A DNA stretch of 63,613 nucleotides, filler included. It is 5 parts of 5 records of this genome, joined end to end, with 100 filler letters (N's around TTAATTAATTAA, not from the genome) between each part and the next. Parts side by side here need not be neighbours in the genome. Positions count along the whole stretch, not along the records: positions 1 to 11,940 come from SRR31156797_13841; positions 12,041 to 27,718 come from SRR31156797_13855; 3 more parts are not named here. One strand, given 5' to 3'. This document shows positions 8,306 through 18,813 of this stretch, in pieces. The notes beneath the pieces are model-generated. The model was given only the letters and a program-made list of their open reading frames with translations, made no database searches and had not been told where the DNA came from. Made by a program: the position numbers and the translations under genes. Position 1 is the stretch's first letter; each line of letters opens with the position of its first letter.

Positions 8306-9457
8306 CTAATTCTTCAAGTTTTCATTTGGTATGGTAATAGTGATAACTACTCCATGTTCTTTATTTTCAATTGTAATATCATATTGATGTTCATCAATAA
8401 TCTTTTTTACAACACTAAGTCCGATCCCTAGACCTTTATGTTTTTTATTAGAATTAAAAGGTTTGAAAATCTTTTTCATGATATTAGGATCTATTCCACC
8501 ACCAGTATCTTTTATGATCACTTGAGTTGTGGTGTCATTTTTCACTATATCAATAGATAATGAATTACTTTCAAACTCTTGAAACTCCATTTGATCAAGC
8601 GCATTATCAATTAAAATGATAAAAAGCTGTTGGAGTTTTCTAAAATCACCTTGTATGTTAAAAGAATGGGTATCTCTATCAATATCTAGATCAAAGGGAG
8701 TTTTTTGAAGAGAGATCTCCGTGATATTTTTTGCTTTATTATAGGTAAGTCGTAAGGCGCTTACAATGATTCTAAAAAGATTGATCTCAGATATTTTAAA
8801 ATTTTTAGAATCTGCTATTTCTCTCATCGATTCTGTGATATTTTTGATTCGTGTAAGATTACTGTTTATTGCTGAAAGTTCCTCTTTAAAAAGTATGGAG
8901 TCTTTTTCATCTAAAGAATCGATACTCATCATCAACATCTCCATATGACCACTAATAATTGTTAGAGGGGTATTGATCTCATGGCTGATCCCTGCAGAGA
9001 GCTTCCCTATAGCATTATATTGTGCATTGTCGATTTTTTCCTCTTGGAGCTCTCTATTGTATTGTTTGAGTAGAGTTTCATTGGTCACATCTCTTTGGAT
9101 TCCAAGAAAATATTTAAGGTGTTTATTATCATCAAAAATTGGTGAGATAGTAAACTGGTTATAGATTAGTTTTCCACTTTTTGTATAGTTACGAACTGTT
9201 GCTGTAGCTGATTTTTGCTTCTTTAGAGCATCACTAATGATATGTAAACCTCTTTGATCTTTATCATTTGCTTGTAAAAAGCTAGAGTTTTTTCCAAGAA
9301 AATCTTCAGGGGTATATTCAAAGATTTCACAAGTTCTATGATTGACATAAATTATAGGATTTGAGGGTAAGTTAGGATCTGAGACAACTATTCCATTTTT
9401 AGCTTGTTCTAAGATATGAGGGAGATACTTTTGAAGTTCTGGATCGATGGTTTTCAT
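8306..9457 (-). CDS. Cytoplasmic LOV-like PAS histidine kinase lacking the photoactive Cys
   Basis: SDPNLPSNPIIYVN...GKNSSFLQ...NYTKSG...FLGIQRDVT; H-box SHEINTPL; GLGIGL. Confidence 0.88.
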   Translation of the reverse strand: MKTIDPELQKYLPHILEQAKNGIVVSDPNLPSNPIIYVNHRTCEIFEYTPEDFLGKNSSFLQANDKDQRGLHIISDALKKQKSATATVRNYTKSGKLIYNQFTISPIFDDNKHLKYFLGIQRDVTNETLLKQYNRELQEEKIDNAQYNAIGKLSAGISHEINTPLTIISGHMEMLMMSIDSLDEKDSILFKEELSAINSNLTRIKNITESMREIADSKNFKISEINLFRIIVSALRLTYNKAKNITEISLQKTPFDLDIDRDTHSFNIQGDFRKLQQLFIILIDNALDQMEFQEFESNSLSIDIVKNDTTTQVIIKDTGGGIDPNIMKKIFKPFNSNKKHKGLGIGLSVVKKIIDEHQYDITIENKEHGVVITITIPNENLKN

Positions 9458-9536
9458 TTAACTACACTACTTTAACCTTTCAAAATTAGTATAGTATATT
9501 CAAAAAATAGTCAAAACAATATTAAAGATATTGTAA

Positions 9537-9566
9537 AAGGAAGAAGAGGATTACTTCTCTTCTCCT
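9537..9566 (-). terminator. Probable intrinsic terminator overlapping the stop codon of the FTR-rhodanese gene
   Basis: Minus strand AGGAGAAGAGAA-GTAA-TCCTCTTCTTCCT followed by TTT. Confidence 0.5.
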
Positions 9567-10297
9567 GATTCAATATCTCCGTGATATGCAACAATACCAT
9601 GGGTAAAGTTTGATACATGTGACCACCCCATATCTTTTAATACCTGTTGACAATAAGCACTTCTACTTCCTGTTAAACAGTAAAGAATAGTTGGTTTCTC
9701 TTTTTGATTTTCTATTTTGTCAAGTTGATTATAAAATGAAGTTGTAGGAATAAGATAATCAGTTCCTTTGATTCTTTGGCTTTTCCACTCCATCCACTCT
9801 CTAACATCTACAAGATTAAAATCTACCATACCAAGATCTCTTGCTTCAAGTAGAGCGATGATCTCGTCAGAATCTAGTTGTTCATGTTTTAAGATCGCTT
9901 CACACTCCTCTTTTGAAAGTCCTCGTGAGTGAGTATGAGCTATAAGTTCAGCTTCTTCTTCAATTGCATTGGCTTTTGCATATTCTGGAGTACAAAAAAT
10001 TCCACAGTGACATTTCCCATCATTTGGGATCTCTTCTTTTAGTGCAGGTTGACAGGGACAGATTCTATTATCAGCAGCTTTTCGCTCCTCTTTCGTCTCT
10101 CCTATAACCATAAAACAGGGACAATATCTTTTATTGTAAATGATCTTGTTTCTAGCAAGACCCATTAAAACACCCTCATTTACATCTTCAATTGGATTAT
10201 ATACAAATCCTTGAGAAGCACACACTTTATCTGTAAACTCTTTTGTTTTTTGAAGCTCCTCTTTAAATTCTGCTGATTCCATATCAATTTTTATCAT
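9551..10297 (-). CDS. Ferredoxin:thioredoxin reductase catalytic domain fused to a rhodanese domain
   Basis: FTR motifs YCPC, ICPC, CHCGIF; rhodanese DVRE..EW and active-site loop YCLTGSRS. Confidence 0.88.
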   Translation of the reverse strand: MIKIDMESAEFKEELQKTKEFTDKVCASQGFVYNPIEDVNEGVLMGLARNKIIYNKRYCPCFMVIGETKEERKAADNRICPCQPALKEEIPNDGKCHCGIFCTPEYAKANAIEEEAELIAHTHSRGLSKEECEAILKHEQLDSDEIIALLEARDLGMVDFNLVDVREWMEWKSQRIKGTDYLIPTTSFYNQLDKIENQKEKPTILYCLTGSRSAYCQQVLKDMGWSHVSNFTHGIVAYHGDIESGEEK

Positions 10298-10411
10298 ACG
10301 AACAATTACCTACCATTTAAAATTTTTACGTATCTTAGAGAAATATCGTTAATATAGACTTAAAAGGAGGTTTTAATTTTTAGATAAAGCCTAAGTATAT
10401 TATAATAATCT

Positions 10412-11488
10412 ATGAATATTTTAGATCAAATCTATGAAATAAACTTTACAAAAATCAACTTTTTAGAACGTAAAGTTTCTATAAAAAACCCATATACTAT
10501 TTTACAAGGTCCTCCAAAAAGTGGGAAGAGCTACCTTATTTATGATTATTTGAGTCAGTTTGAAATTGAACGCTATTTATATATTGATCTAGATGATTAT
10601 AGAAATGATAAAGGTGAGATCATACAAGAGTTAGAAAGTTTTATACAAACAAAACAGATTGAAGTGCTTGTTTTAGAAAATTTTCAATTTGACTTTGATT
10701 TACCAAAAGTAACAAGTATCATCATCTCAACTAATCATATGATAAAAAATCTAGAATATGACTTTGATATCTTATCTGTACTTCCTCTGGATTTTGAAGA
10801 GTATCTTTTATTTGATATCAAACATAATAGTATCTCAAATAGTTTCAATAGCTTTTTAAAATTTGGATCATTCCCTGAAATTATAGAATATAGTGAACAA
10901 AAAAAAGCAAATAGAAACTTAGAGATCTGTAAACTTTACTCTGAAGATAAAACTTCCCTAGAGATTCTTTTTATCTTGATCAAATTTGCAGGGGAGAAAA
11001 AGTCAGTATTTCAACTTTTTAATACCCTCAAAAAAGATATCAAGATCTCAAAAGATAAGTTTTATAAAGTGTTTGATCAGTTTGTTTATAACAAGCTTCT
11101 TTTTTTATGTGAAAAATATGGACAAGCAAAAGCAGTAAAAAAGATCTATATTTTTAATCATGCACTTTTTGATATCGTCTCATATAAAAAGAACTTTAAT
11201 AATCTTTTTAAAAATATGGTGTATCTAGAACTTGTAAAAAGAGATGAAGAGATCTATTATCTAGATAATGTCGACTTTTATCTTCCCTCTACAAAGCAGA
11301 TCATTCTAGCGATCCCCTTTTTTAATAGTCTTGTATCAAGCTCAATCATCTCAAAAATCTTACCACTCCTAAACCAATACGAAATAGAAGTGATCACTAT
11401 AGTCACAGTAAGTACAGAACAGTCTATTTTCATAGAAGAGATCGAAGCTGTGGCATTGCCATTTTATAACTGGGTATTAACACTATGA
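10412..11488 (+). CDS. AAA-family ATP-binding protein (AAA_14/DUF4143-like)
   Basis: Walker A GPPKSGKS, PLDFEEY, FGSFPE, KKIY motifs. Confidence 0.8.
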   Translation: MNILDQIYEINFTKINFLERKVSIKNPYTILQGPPKSGKSYLIYDYLSQFEIERYLYIDLDDYRNDKGEIIQELESFIQTKQIEVLVLENFQFDFDLPKVTSIIISTNHMIKNLEYDFDILSVLPLDFEEYLLFDIKHNSISNSFNSFLKFGSFPEIIEYSEQKKANRNLEICKLYSEDKTSLEILFILIKFAGEKKSVFQLFNTLKKDIKISKDKFYKVFDQFVYNKLLFLCEKYGQAKAVKKIYIFNHALFDIVSYKKNFNNLFKNMVYLELVKRDEEIYYLDNVDFYLPSTKQIILAIPFFNSLVSSSIISKILPLLNQYEIEVITIVTVSTEQSIFIEEIEAVALPFYNWVLTL

Positions 11489-11940
11489 GAGAAAATTATC
11501 ATAAACATCTATGCGGTATAGATGAGGCAGGGCGTGGACCATTTGCTGGCCCACTTGTAGTAGCAGGAGCTATTGTAAACACACAGATTGCTGAGCTTGA
11601 TGATTCAAAGAAGCTCAGTGAGAAAAAAAGAGAAATGCTTTTTGATATCATAAAAGAAAATAGTACCTATCATATTGTTTTTAAAACCAATCAAGAGATC
11701 GATAACTTAGGAATTAGTAAATGTTTAAGCGATAGTATTAAAGAGATCATGGAAAAGCTTGATGCAAAACAGTATCTTATGGATGGAAATACCTCTTTTG
11801 GAATCAATAATCTTCATCACTTAATAAAAGCAGATGGACTGATCGCTGAGGTAAGTGCTGCATCTGTTTTAGCAAAAGTAAGCCGTGATAGATTTATGTG
11901 TGAAATAGCAGAAAAATATCCTGAATACTCGTTTGAAAAA
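11485..11940 (+). CDS. rnhB: Ribonuclease HII (3' truncated at contig end)
   Basis: GIDEAGRGP, DSKKL, DGN, AASVLAKVSRD. Confidence 0.97.
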
Positions 11941-12040
11941 NNNNNNNNNNNNNNNNNNNNNNNNNNNNNNNNNNNNNNNNNNNNTTAATTAATTAANNNN
12001 NNNNNNNNNNNNNNNNNNNNNNNNNNNNNNNNNNNNNNNN
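11941..12040. other. Artificial contig spacer N44-TTAATTAATTAA-N44
   Basis: Same linker occurs four times; stops in all six frames; genes truncated on both sides. Confidence 0.99.
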
Positions 12041-13255
12041 AAAGTTTAGTTTAGTTTTTGAAGAAAGATATAATTCTGCTCCGCCATATAAATTCCATTC
12101 AATACCGCTTCTTTCATCTGAAAAGGGAAATACATATTCAATATAATCATAAACTACTTTACCAATTTCAGCTCCCAAAACCGCTTTTTGAACAGACGAA
12201 GGCTTATAAACGAATACACCACCTGCATGGGCAAAGCTTTCTTCATTCTCAAGTACAAGGGCATTCGAGATCAATGATGAACCCCAATCATTAAAATGCA
12301 GGTATTCACCGTAGATCCGGACATCAACTACGTCTCCCCCTTTAACGCTTATATCACTTAAAACATGAATACCTTTTCTCTGCCACAGGCCTCTGGGCTT
12401 GCTGTAAGAAGTATACATCTCCGTTCTGGATGCTCGCCTCAAACCCGAAACACTCATATTCAATGTCGCAGTTTTATCACCACCCAATCTTAAGTGACCG
12501 CCATATTCGAAACCACTGCGATTGCGTTTTTTCCTTGAGGTCATTGTAGAATTTTCATTGTAGAAAACATTGTAACCCATATAGGTCTTTGCTTTAACCT
12601 CAGAATAGCTCTTAACCGATTCATAATATGTCTGATCATCATAATAGCGCCCGTGCAAACCGATCCCGAATGAAGGTTTGCGGTAATCAAGCCCGAAACC
12701 ATAGGTTGAATTTCTCATAATGGTGATCGTTTCCGGAAAAGTATCCTGCAATCCTCTTTCCACTCCATAATTACCGGAAACACCAAAATACAGGTCATCC
12801 GCCAACTCAAGATTGTAAAGAATGTGCAATTGGGGACCATAATACGCGGTGTTATTCAGGGACGAGTCGATGGTGGAAAAATAATCATCGTAAAAATCTT
12901 TTTCCCTGGATCCAAAAATATCTTTCTGACGCAGATCGTCATATGAAATTCCGGCCGCAAAGAAAGACCTGTCATTTATCTTTCTTAAGGTCGTAAAACT
13001 AGCTCCAATTTGCTGAGTAGAAGATGGGTCATAGCTCCGTTTAAAGGCATTCTGACCGAAAAGGGTCGCAATGTTGAAAACCTCAATATTCTTTTCATAC
13101 AGGATGCTTGCCGGGCTTCCGGTGAGATAATGAACATCTTCCATATTTCCCAATGAATATGTAAAATCGATATCGCGCGAAAACACATCATCAAACGCAA
13201 ATAGAGAAACAGCCGGAACAAGCAATATTGTTAAAATTATTTTGATCTTATTCAT
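12041..13255 (-). CDS. Outer-membrane beta-barrel protein, DUF6850-like (3' truncated)
   Basis: Signal peptide from MNKIKII (ATG 13255), alternating beta-strands, FKRSYDP / ETFPETI-type motifs shared with 24262-25719. Confidence 0.7.
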
Positions 13256-14378
13256 GATGATATCCCGGAGTTGGTAGGTTAATAATGACAAAATCCACTC
13301 GAGAGTTGTTCGTATCAAAACCCGGCCTGATCCTTTCAAGAGAAGAACCACTGTATTTGGATTGTCCTATGCCACCAAATGAGGCATCCAGCACATAGGG
13401 AACTGCTTTTGTGTGCGTTTCGATAGAACTGTACTCAACACAATCGACAACCGTATTAATATCAATTCCATCCGTTTGGTCGTAATCGGTACCATCGCAT
13501 AGAGCCAGCTCGTCTCCAGAGAGGCCAACCATGAAATCAACTTTGCTTTTTTGTGTAACCCTACCATTATTTGTCGTCAGGTTGGGTACATTTGGATTAT
13601 CATAGCCCCCAACTTGGATCAGATTAACGAATTCCCAATCCGCATTAGACAGATCCACTGTTTTTCCGGCGATAGGGCCGATATCATTATGGTTCATGGC
13701 AGATCCGGCAAGAACAACAAATTGACCCGGTTCGATCGGATACTGACGTCCGGTGATCGGGGTACCGGGAAATTGGTATATATTGGTAACAGATAAAGTA
13801 TCTGCAAACAATTCAGTTTTGCTCAGACGCAGAAAGATCATACCGTCCAAATAAGCTGTGGTACTTAAACCATTGTACAACTCAAAGAACTGGTCATAGA
13901 AATAAAAAATATTATTGGGGGGTCCAACCGTATAAATCTCATTGATCTTTAAACCACGTTTCGAAGACTCCATACTGATGCTGTCAGCATACACGGTTTC
14001 TCCATCAAGGGAATCCGCTACAAGCTCTAATACTTTCGCTCCAACCACTTCAACTTCTGTGAAGCCGTCAATTCTCACGATCGAATATGCCTCTACTGTA
14101 TAATATGCGAATGGCAGATCTTCGAATTGCACATTCCCTCCCGCATCAGTCGTATCATAAGCGTCGGGAATATTATAGTTGCTGGTCGTGATCCTTACCG
14201 GCATATTCGCTACCGGAATATCGATAGTAGAATCTGCATCGGAGGGATAAGTAAATCTAAGTTTTATTTCCAAATTTCCATCTATTGCCTCAGGTTTGTT
14301 CTCTAATAACAAACATGATGAGAATAATAAAACGAATAATAATGAAATGATAAGTAAGCTTTTCTTTTTCATATTCAT
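13248..14378 (-). CDS. DUF4876-like surface lipoprotein
   Basis: Lipobox LFSSC; INEIYT, YFYDQFFELYN, DLSNADWEF, DTNNSRVDF motifs. Confidence 0.8.
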   Translation of the reverse strand: MNMKKKSLLIISLLFVLLFSSCLLLENKPEAIDGNLEIKLRFTYPSDADSTIDIPVANMPVRITTSNYNIPDAYDTTDAGGNVQFEDLPFAYYTVEAYSIVRIDGFTEVEVVGAKVLELVADSLDGETVYADSISMESSKRGLKINEIYTVGPPNNIFYFYDQFFELYNGLSTTAYLDGMIFLRLSKTELFADTLSVTNIYQFPGTPITGRQYPIEPGQFVVLAGSAMNHNDIGPIAGKTVDLSNADWEFVNLIQVGGYDNPNVPNLTTNNGRVTQKSKVDFMVGLSGDELALCDGTDYDQTDGIDINTVVDCVEYSSIETHTKAVPYVLDASFGGIGQSKYSGSSLERIRPGFDTNNSRVDFVIINLPTPGYHHE

Positions 14379-14380
14379 CC

Positions 14381-17080
14381 CTATAGTTGAACGCTCATTT
14401 CCAATCCATAATAGATCGGCGAGTTCAAATTTATCTGCGAACCGGTATAAGGAGATACCCAGGTTGCACGGTTATCGAAGAAGTTATTGATGTATAGTGA
14501 AACCTCAGCATTCTGTCCCAGAGATTTTGACAACCTCAGATTCATCAGCCATTGTCCGGTATAGTTGAATAATTCTGCATCATACCAGCTATACATACCC
14601 TGATAGTTTATATAGGTATCCCCGAACTCATTGATCGATTCATAACCATTGCTTGTGAAGATATTCTTCTTTTGATAGAAAGGTGTATATTGAACATCCA
14701 TGGTTACCCACAAGCCAAAACGCTGATTCAAGTAAGATATCTGTGCATCAAGAACAAGCTTGCTTTGCCAGTTGATATTATAAGGATACCACAATTCCCA
14801 GGTGCCTCCGGATGAAGCTTGCTGGTAATCAGGATCATATCTAAGATTTTCCGATCCGGATTGAGAGAAACGGTAAGTAGCATTGATCGCATACTTGATA
14901 TCGTTTATCCTTTTGGTTCTGAAAGTCAATTCAGCACCATAATCTTTCGTCCAGCCTCCATTCTCATAAATTGAGTATAAATATTCAATATTTATGGTAT
15001 CGGGATTGACATCATAACCCTCGGGATAGGTTACACCACCGGGGCGATTCTTTGTGTAAGAGTAGTAACCCGTTAAAGAAGCTCCCAACACGTCGTTGAT
15101 CCTCCAGTCCAAAGAACCTTCGGCCTTTTGTGATACGTAAGATTTCAGATCTTCATTGACCTGATACAGTATTTTTTCAGCCACTTGATTGGTCGTTGTA
15201 TCAAGGTATGCAATATGCTTGGGCACTTTGTAAATTTGAGTTAAAGACACAGATTTCACACTCTGCCCTGCTCCCATTCTCAATGCCAAATTGTCTGCGA
15301 TCTGATATTTGATATTGAATCTTGGAGAAAAGAAATCACCTTGTTTTGCATCAAAAAGCGATAATCCTTCATCAAAGGATATTCTAAATCTTTCAGGATT
15401 TATAAGATCGTATCTCAAGCCGATCAAAACATCCATTTTCCTATTGAAAAGATCAAAGGATATTTTGTCTTCAGCATAAAGAGCAAATTTTACATTGGCG
15501 GGGAAATCATCAAAACTATAGGATCTTTTCGATGATTCTGCGCCATAATAATTGAATAGAGAATCGATCACGACACCTTCACCGGTATTTTTCTCATAAT
15601 CCGTTTCAAAACCGAATAATATTTTATTGGTCGTGTTGCCAATTTCAACTGTTGATTTTCTTTTAAGTTTTAATGAAACGTCCCACTCTCGTCCATTTTG
15701 AGTGATCGTAGCATTATATGGATAAACCATCAGTGAACTGTCGATATAGTCAATGGTATCCGAATCAGCAACATAGACCGTATCATAGATAGGAAGTACC
15801 GTACAATAGCTTTGATCAATGCTGCTGACATCCGTATCCATGGGCAGGAAAAGCTGATCGGTAACCATTTTTTGTTTTACTTCATCCTGCTTTTTATAAT
15901 CAACACCGGCGAACAATTCATAACGCACGTCATTATCAGTGTCGTATTTCAAGCTGAGTTTTCCCGATGTTCTAAAACCGCGGTTGGTATTTTGCATACG
16001 GTATTCATTATTAGGTTCGGTATCGTCAAAAATACGTGTGTAAGTTACACCCAGATTTGAGCGTAATTTATCGTCAATGAAATTCCTGTTATAATTGGCT
16101 GACCCATAAAGACGTTGATATTCATCACCGATCTCACGCAGATCGCGTTCACTGTATGTATAATTCACGTGATAATTGAAGACGGATTCATCAATAAATT
16201 TATGTCCACCATTGTATGAAAAACCTTTTGTATCAGGATTGACCTTTGCTTTAAAACGGCGATTGACTGTAGATTTTTTGGTTTCAACCTTAACAACACC
16301 ATCGGTAAAGTTACCGTATTCAACCGAAGCAATACCTGTGATAACTTCCACAGATTCGATATTATCTGCGGGAATAGTACGCAAGTCCGTTCCGCTTTGG
16401 TCACCGGACCCACTGACATAACCGGCCATTTTCATATCTCCGGATATCTCATTCCCATCCACAACGATCGATGTTCCGAAAGATTCAAAGCCATAAAGAC
16501 CCTGATCGGAACGCTTTACTTTTCTCAAACCGATATTCTGTTGTCTTGCAAGGCCCATCTGTCCTGATTTCTCAACACCGGGCACCAGAGTTAATACATC
16601 ACCCAAGTTTGATGCTTGCAAGTGATCGATCTCGCCTGAATCGATCTTTCTGGTTGTGGCGATCTCTTCAGGCACAATATCACGGCCTTCGGCTTCCACC
16701 TCGATACCGCCGATCATAAAGCAATAGGACATGTCATCCTGATTGGGATTTTCGATCAATTTGATCTTGACATTGTAAACGCCGTCATCGGTAATGGCAA
16801 AGTCGAAAAGACTATTTCCATAAAAACATTCTTTTATACCGGCGATCTTGTAAATTCCCTGTGGAACATCCTTGATAATAAAATACCCGTCGATGTCCGT
16901 CATGGTTTGAGTTGTAAATTCAGTATCTTTCTGCGGTTCAATGGTTATCAGGGCATTTTTTACAGGGCGACTGTCTTCGTAGCTTTTTACATATCCACGA
17001 ACTGTTGCAGCTGCTAATCCACTGAATGAGAATACTGAAAATAGCATTAACCAAATGATAATTCGTTGTGTTTTTTTCAT
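14381..17080 (-). CDS. TonB-dependent receptor with N-terminal carboxypeptidase-regulatory-like domain (cassette A)
   Basis: Plug motif DLRTIPADNIESVEVITGIASVEYG, LYAED, SPRFN, C-terminal YYGLEMSVQL; start at ATG 17080 after AAGGTG. Confidence 0.92.
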   Translation of the reverse strand: MKKTQRIIIWLMLFSVFSFSGLAAATVRGYVKSYEDSRPVKNALITIEPQKDTEFTTQTMTDIDGYFIIKDVPQGIYKIAGIKECFYGNSLFDFAITDDGVYNVKIKLIENPNQDDMSYCFMIGGIEVEAEGRDIVPEEIATTRKIDSGEIDHLQASNLGDVLTLVPGVEKSGQMGLARQQNIGLRKVKRSDQGLYGFESFGTSIVVDGNEISGDMKMAGYVSGSGDQSGTDLRTIPADNIESVEVITGIASVEYGNFTDGVVKVETKKSTVNRRFKAKVNPDTKGFSYNGGHKFIDESVFNYHVNYTYSERDLREIGDEYQRLYGSANYNRNFIDDKLRSNLGVTYTRIFDDTEPNNEYRMQNTNRGFRTSGKLSLKYDTDNDVRYELFAGVDYKKQDEVKQKMVTDQLFLPMDTDVSSIDQSYCTVLPIYDTVYVADSDTIDYIDSSLMVYPYNATITQNGREWDVSLKLKRKSTVEIGNTTNKILFGFETDYEKNTGEGVVIDSLFNYYGAESSKRSYSFDDFPANVKFALYAEDKISFDLFNRKMDVLIGLRYDLINPERFRISFDEGLSLFDAKQGDFFSPRFNIKYQIADNLALRMGAGQSVKSVSLTQIYKVPKHIAYLDTTTNQVAEKILYQVNEDLKSYVSQKAEGSLDWRINDVLGASLTGYYSYTKNRPGGVTYPEGYDVNPDTINIEYLYSIYENGGWTKDYGAELTFRTKRINDIKYAINATYRFSQSGSENLRYDPDYQQASSGGTWELWYPYNINWQSKLVLDAQISYLNQRFGLWVTMDVQYTPFYQKKNIFTSNGYESINEFGDTYINYQGMYSWYDAELFNYTGQWLMNLRLSKSLGQNAEVSLYINNFFDNRATWVSPYTGSQINLNSPIYYGLEMSVQL

Positions 17081-17213
17081 ATTCACCTTAATTACTTCGT
17101 ACAAAGGGTTAATGTATCAATAATTTTTAGTTAATTGCAATATTTTAATATGCAGTTTCCACTTTATATCCTATATTTCTTCGTTATTTTTAGTAAACAA
17201 ATAGGAAAGATGC

Positions 17214-18104
17214 ATGGAACACGTTATTGAATGTAGGAACCTGACCCATTATTATGGAGACAAACTGGTTCTTAACGACCTTAATTTAAAGGTTGAGAGA
17301 GGCCGAATCTTCGGTATTCTTGGAAAAAATGGCATGGGAAAGACAACGACCATCAATATTCTGATGGGCTTTCTGCGTCCCACAAGCGGTCAATGCCTTG
17401 TTTTAGGAGAAGAAACACATAAGCTTTCTCCATTGACTCGCCAAAAGATCGGCTTACTTCATGAAGGTCATCTGGCTTATGATTTTATGACCATTAAACA
17501 GGTTGAACATTTTTATTCACAGTTCTTCCCCGCCTGGAAGGCAGATTATTATTGGGACCTGATGGGCAAACTGGGTTTAAAAGATAATCATAAGATCCGC
17601 AATATGTCCTGTGGCCAGCGTTCACAGGTTGTTTTGGGCCTTATTTTTGCTCAAGATCCTGAATTATTGATCCTTGATGATTACTCAATGGGATTGGATC
17701 CGGGTTATCGTGCACTTTTTATCGATTATCTTCAGGAATATGTACGCGAAAAGAATAAAACCGTTTTTCTTACATCTCATATTATTCAGGATGTTGAAAA
17801 AGTTGCAGATGATACCATTATCATGGGTTATCAAAAACTCTTGTTGAAAATGCCCTTGGAAACATTGAAAAAAGATTTTCACCGTTTCGAATTCCGCAAT
17901 GCCAATGTTGGTGGCGTGATCAAGGCAGATGATAATACGGTAACCAATGTTGAATATTACAACGACAAGATCACACTCTATTCCTTTAAATCAGAAACCG
18001 AAGTTAAAAAGCATCTTAAAACCCTGGGTATTACGGTTGATAAACTCACCGAGGTTCCCATGAGTCTGGAAGAAGCATTCATCGGTTTGACCGGAAAGTA
18101 TTAA
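17214..18104 (+). CDS. ABC transporter ATP-binding subunit (exporter-type, atypical motifs)
   Basis: Walker A GKNGMGKT, signature MSCGQ, Walker B LLILDD, H-loop TSH. Confidence 0.92.
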   Translation: MEHVIECRNLTHYYGDKLVLNDLNLKVERGRIFGILGKNGMGKTTTINILMGFLRPTSGQCLVLGEETHKLSPLTRQKIGLLHEGHLAYDFMTIKQVEHFYSQFFPAWKADYYWDLMGKLGLKDNHKIRNMSCGQRSQVVLGLIFAQDPELLILDDYSMGLDPGYRALFIDYLQEYVREKNKTVFLTSHIIQDVEKVADDTIIMGYQKLLLKMPLETLKKDFHRFEFRNANVGGVIKADDNTVTNVEYYNDKITLYSFKSETEVKKHLKTLGITVDKLTEVPMSLEEAFIGLTGKY

Positions 18105-18118
18105 TCAAAGGTGTCACT

Positions 18119-18790
18119 ATGTTAAAAGCAATATTATATAAAGAATGGATCAAACTGCGCTGGGCCGTGATCGTGATCGCCGGGCTAACGGTGCTTTCAC
18201 TGGCTTACACTATCGGTATGATCAACTACTATGTGGAATTTCAAGGTGCTTTTCAGAACTGGATGTATGTGATCGGCAAAAGCCTGTTACTGAAAAACAT
18301 CGTTTTTGTTAAAGTCTTGCCCCTGATCACGGGATTGGCCTTTGCACTATTGCAATTCGTACCGGAAATGACTGGCAAACGTATGCGCTTATCCTACCAC
18401 CTTCCCATTGCGGAAAAGAAACTCCTGCTCTCTTCGGTAGGCATTGGCTATCTCTTCCTTCTTGCTGAGATCGTCTTCCTTTTCTTCGGACTCTGGATGG
18501 TGGTTTCCATGACCTACCCGGCCGAGATCATTCAAAAAGTTCTGATATCAACGATCCCATGGTTTCTAGGCGGATCGGCCATATACTTTATGACCGCGTT
18601 CATCATTCTGGAACCCTCATGGATCTACCGCATCATTTATGCCGTTGTTTCATACGGTTTGATCGAATTGAACTTCCGGGCATCAACCTATGATCAATAC
18701 CAGAATCTTTGGGCTATGATCCTGATCGTTGCGGTAATGCCCCTAACTGTCATGTTCGCCGGCCATCGTTTTCGCCGCGGAACCAAATAA
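18119..18790 (+). CDS. ABC-2-type permease, about 6 TM
   Basis: KEWIK start, multiple TM helices, QFVPE..RL..HLP loop. Confidence 0.75.
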   Translation: MLKAILYKEWIKLRWAVIVIAGLTVLSLAYTIGMINYYVEFQGAFQNWMYVIGKSLLLKNIVFVKVLPLITGLAFALLQFVPEMTGKRMRLSYHLPIAEKKLLLSSVGIGYLFLLAEIVFLFFGLWMVVSMTYPAEIIQKVLISTIPWFLGGSAIYFMTAFIILEPSWIYRIIYAVVSYGLIELNFRASTYDQYQNLWAMILIVAVMPLTVMFAGHRFRRGTK

Positions 18791-18813
18791 CTTTAAAACT
18801 TTAGGTATATGTT

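Noticed and set aside
17121-17160. AT-rich imperfect dyad (TGCAATATTTTAATATGCA) between the divergent TBDR A and ABC genes as a Fur-like operator
   Set aside because: Imperfect, does not match the Fur consensus, and not clearly repeated upstream of TBDR B.
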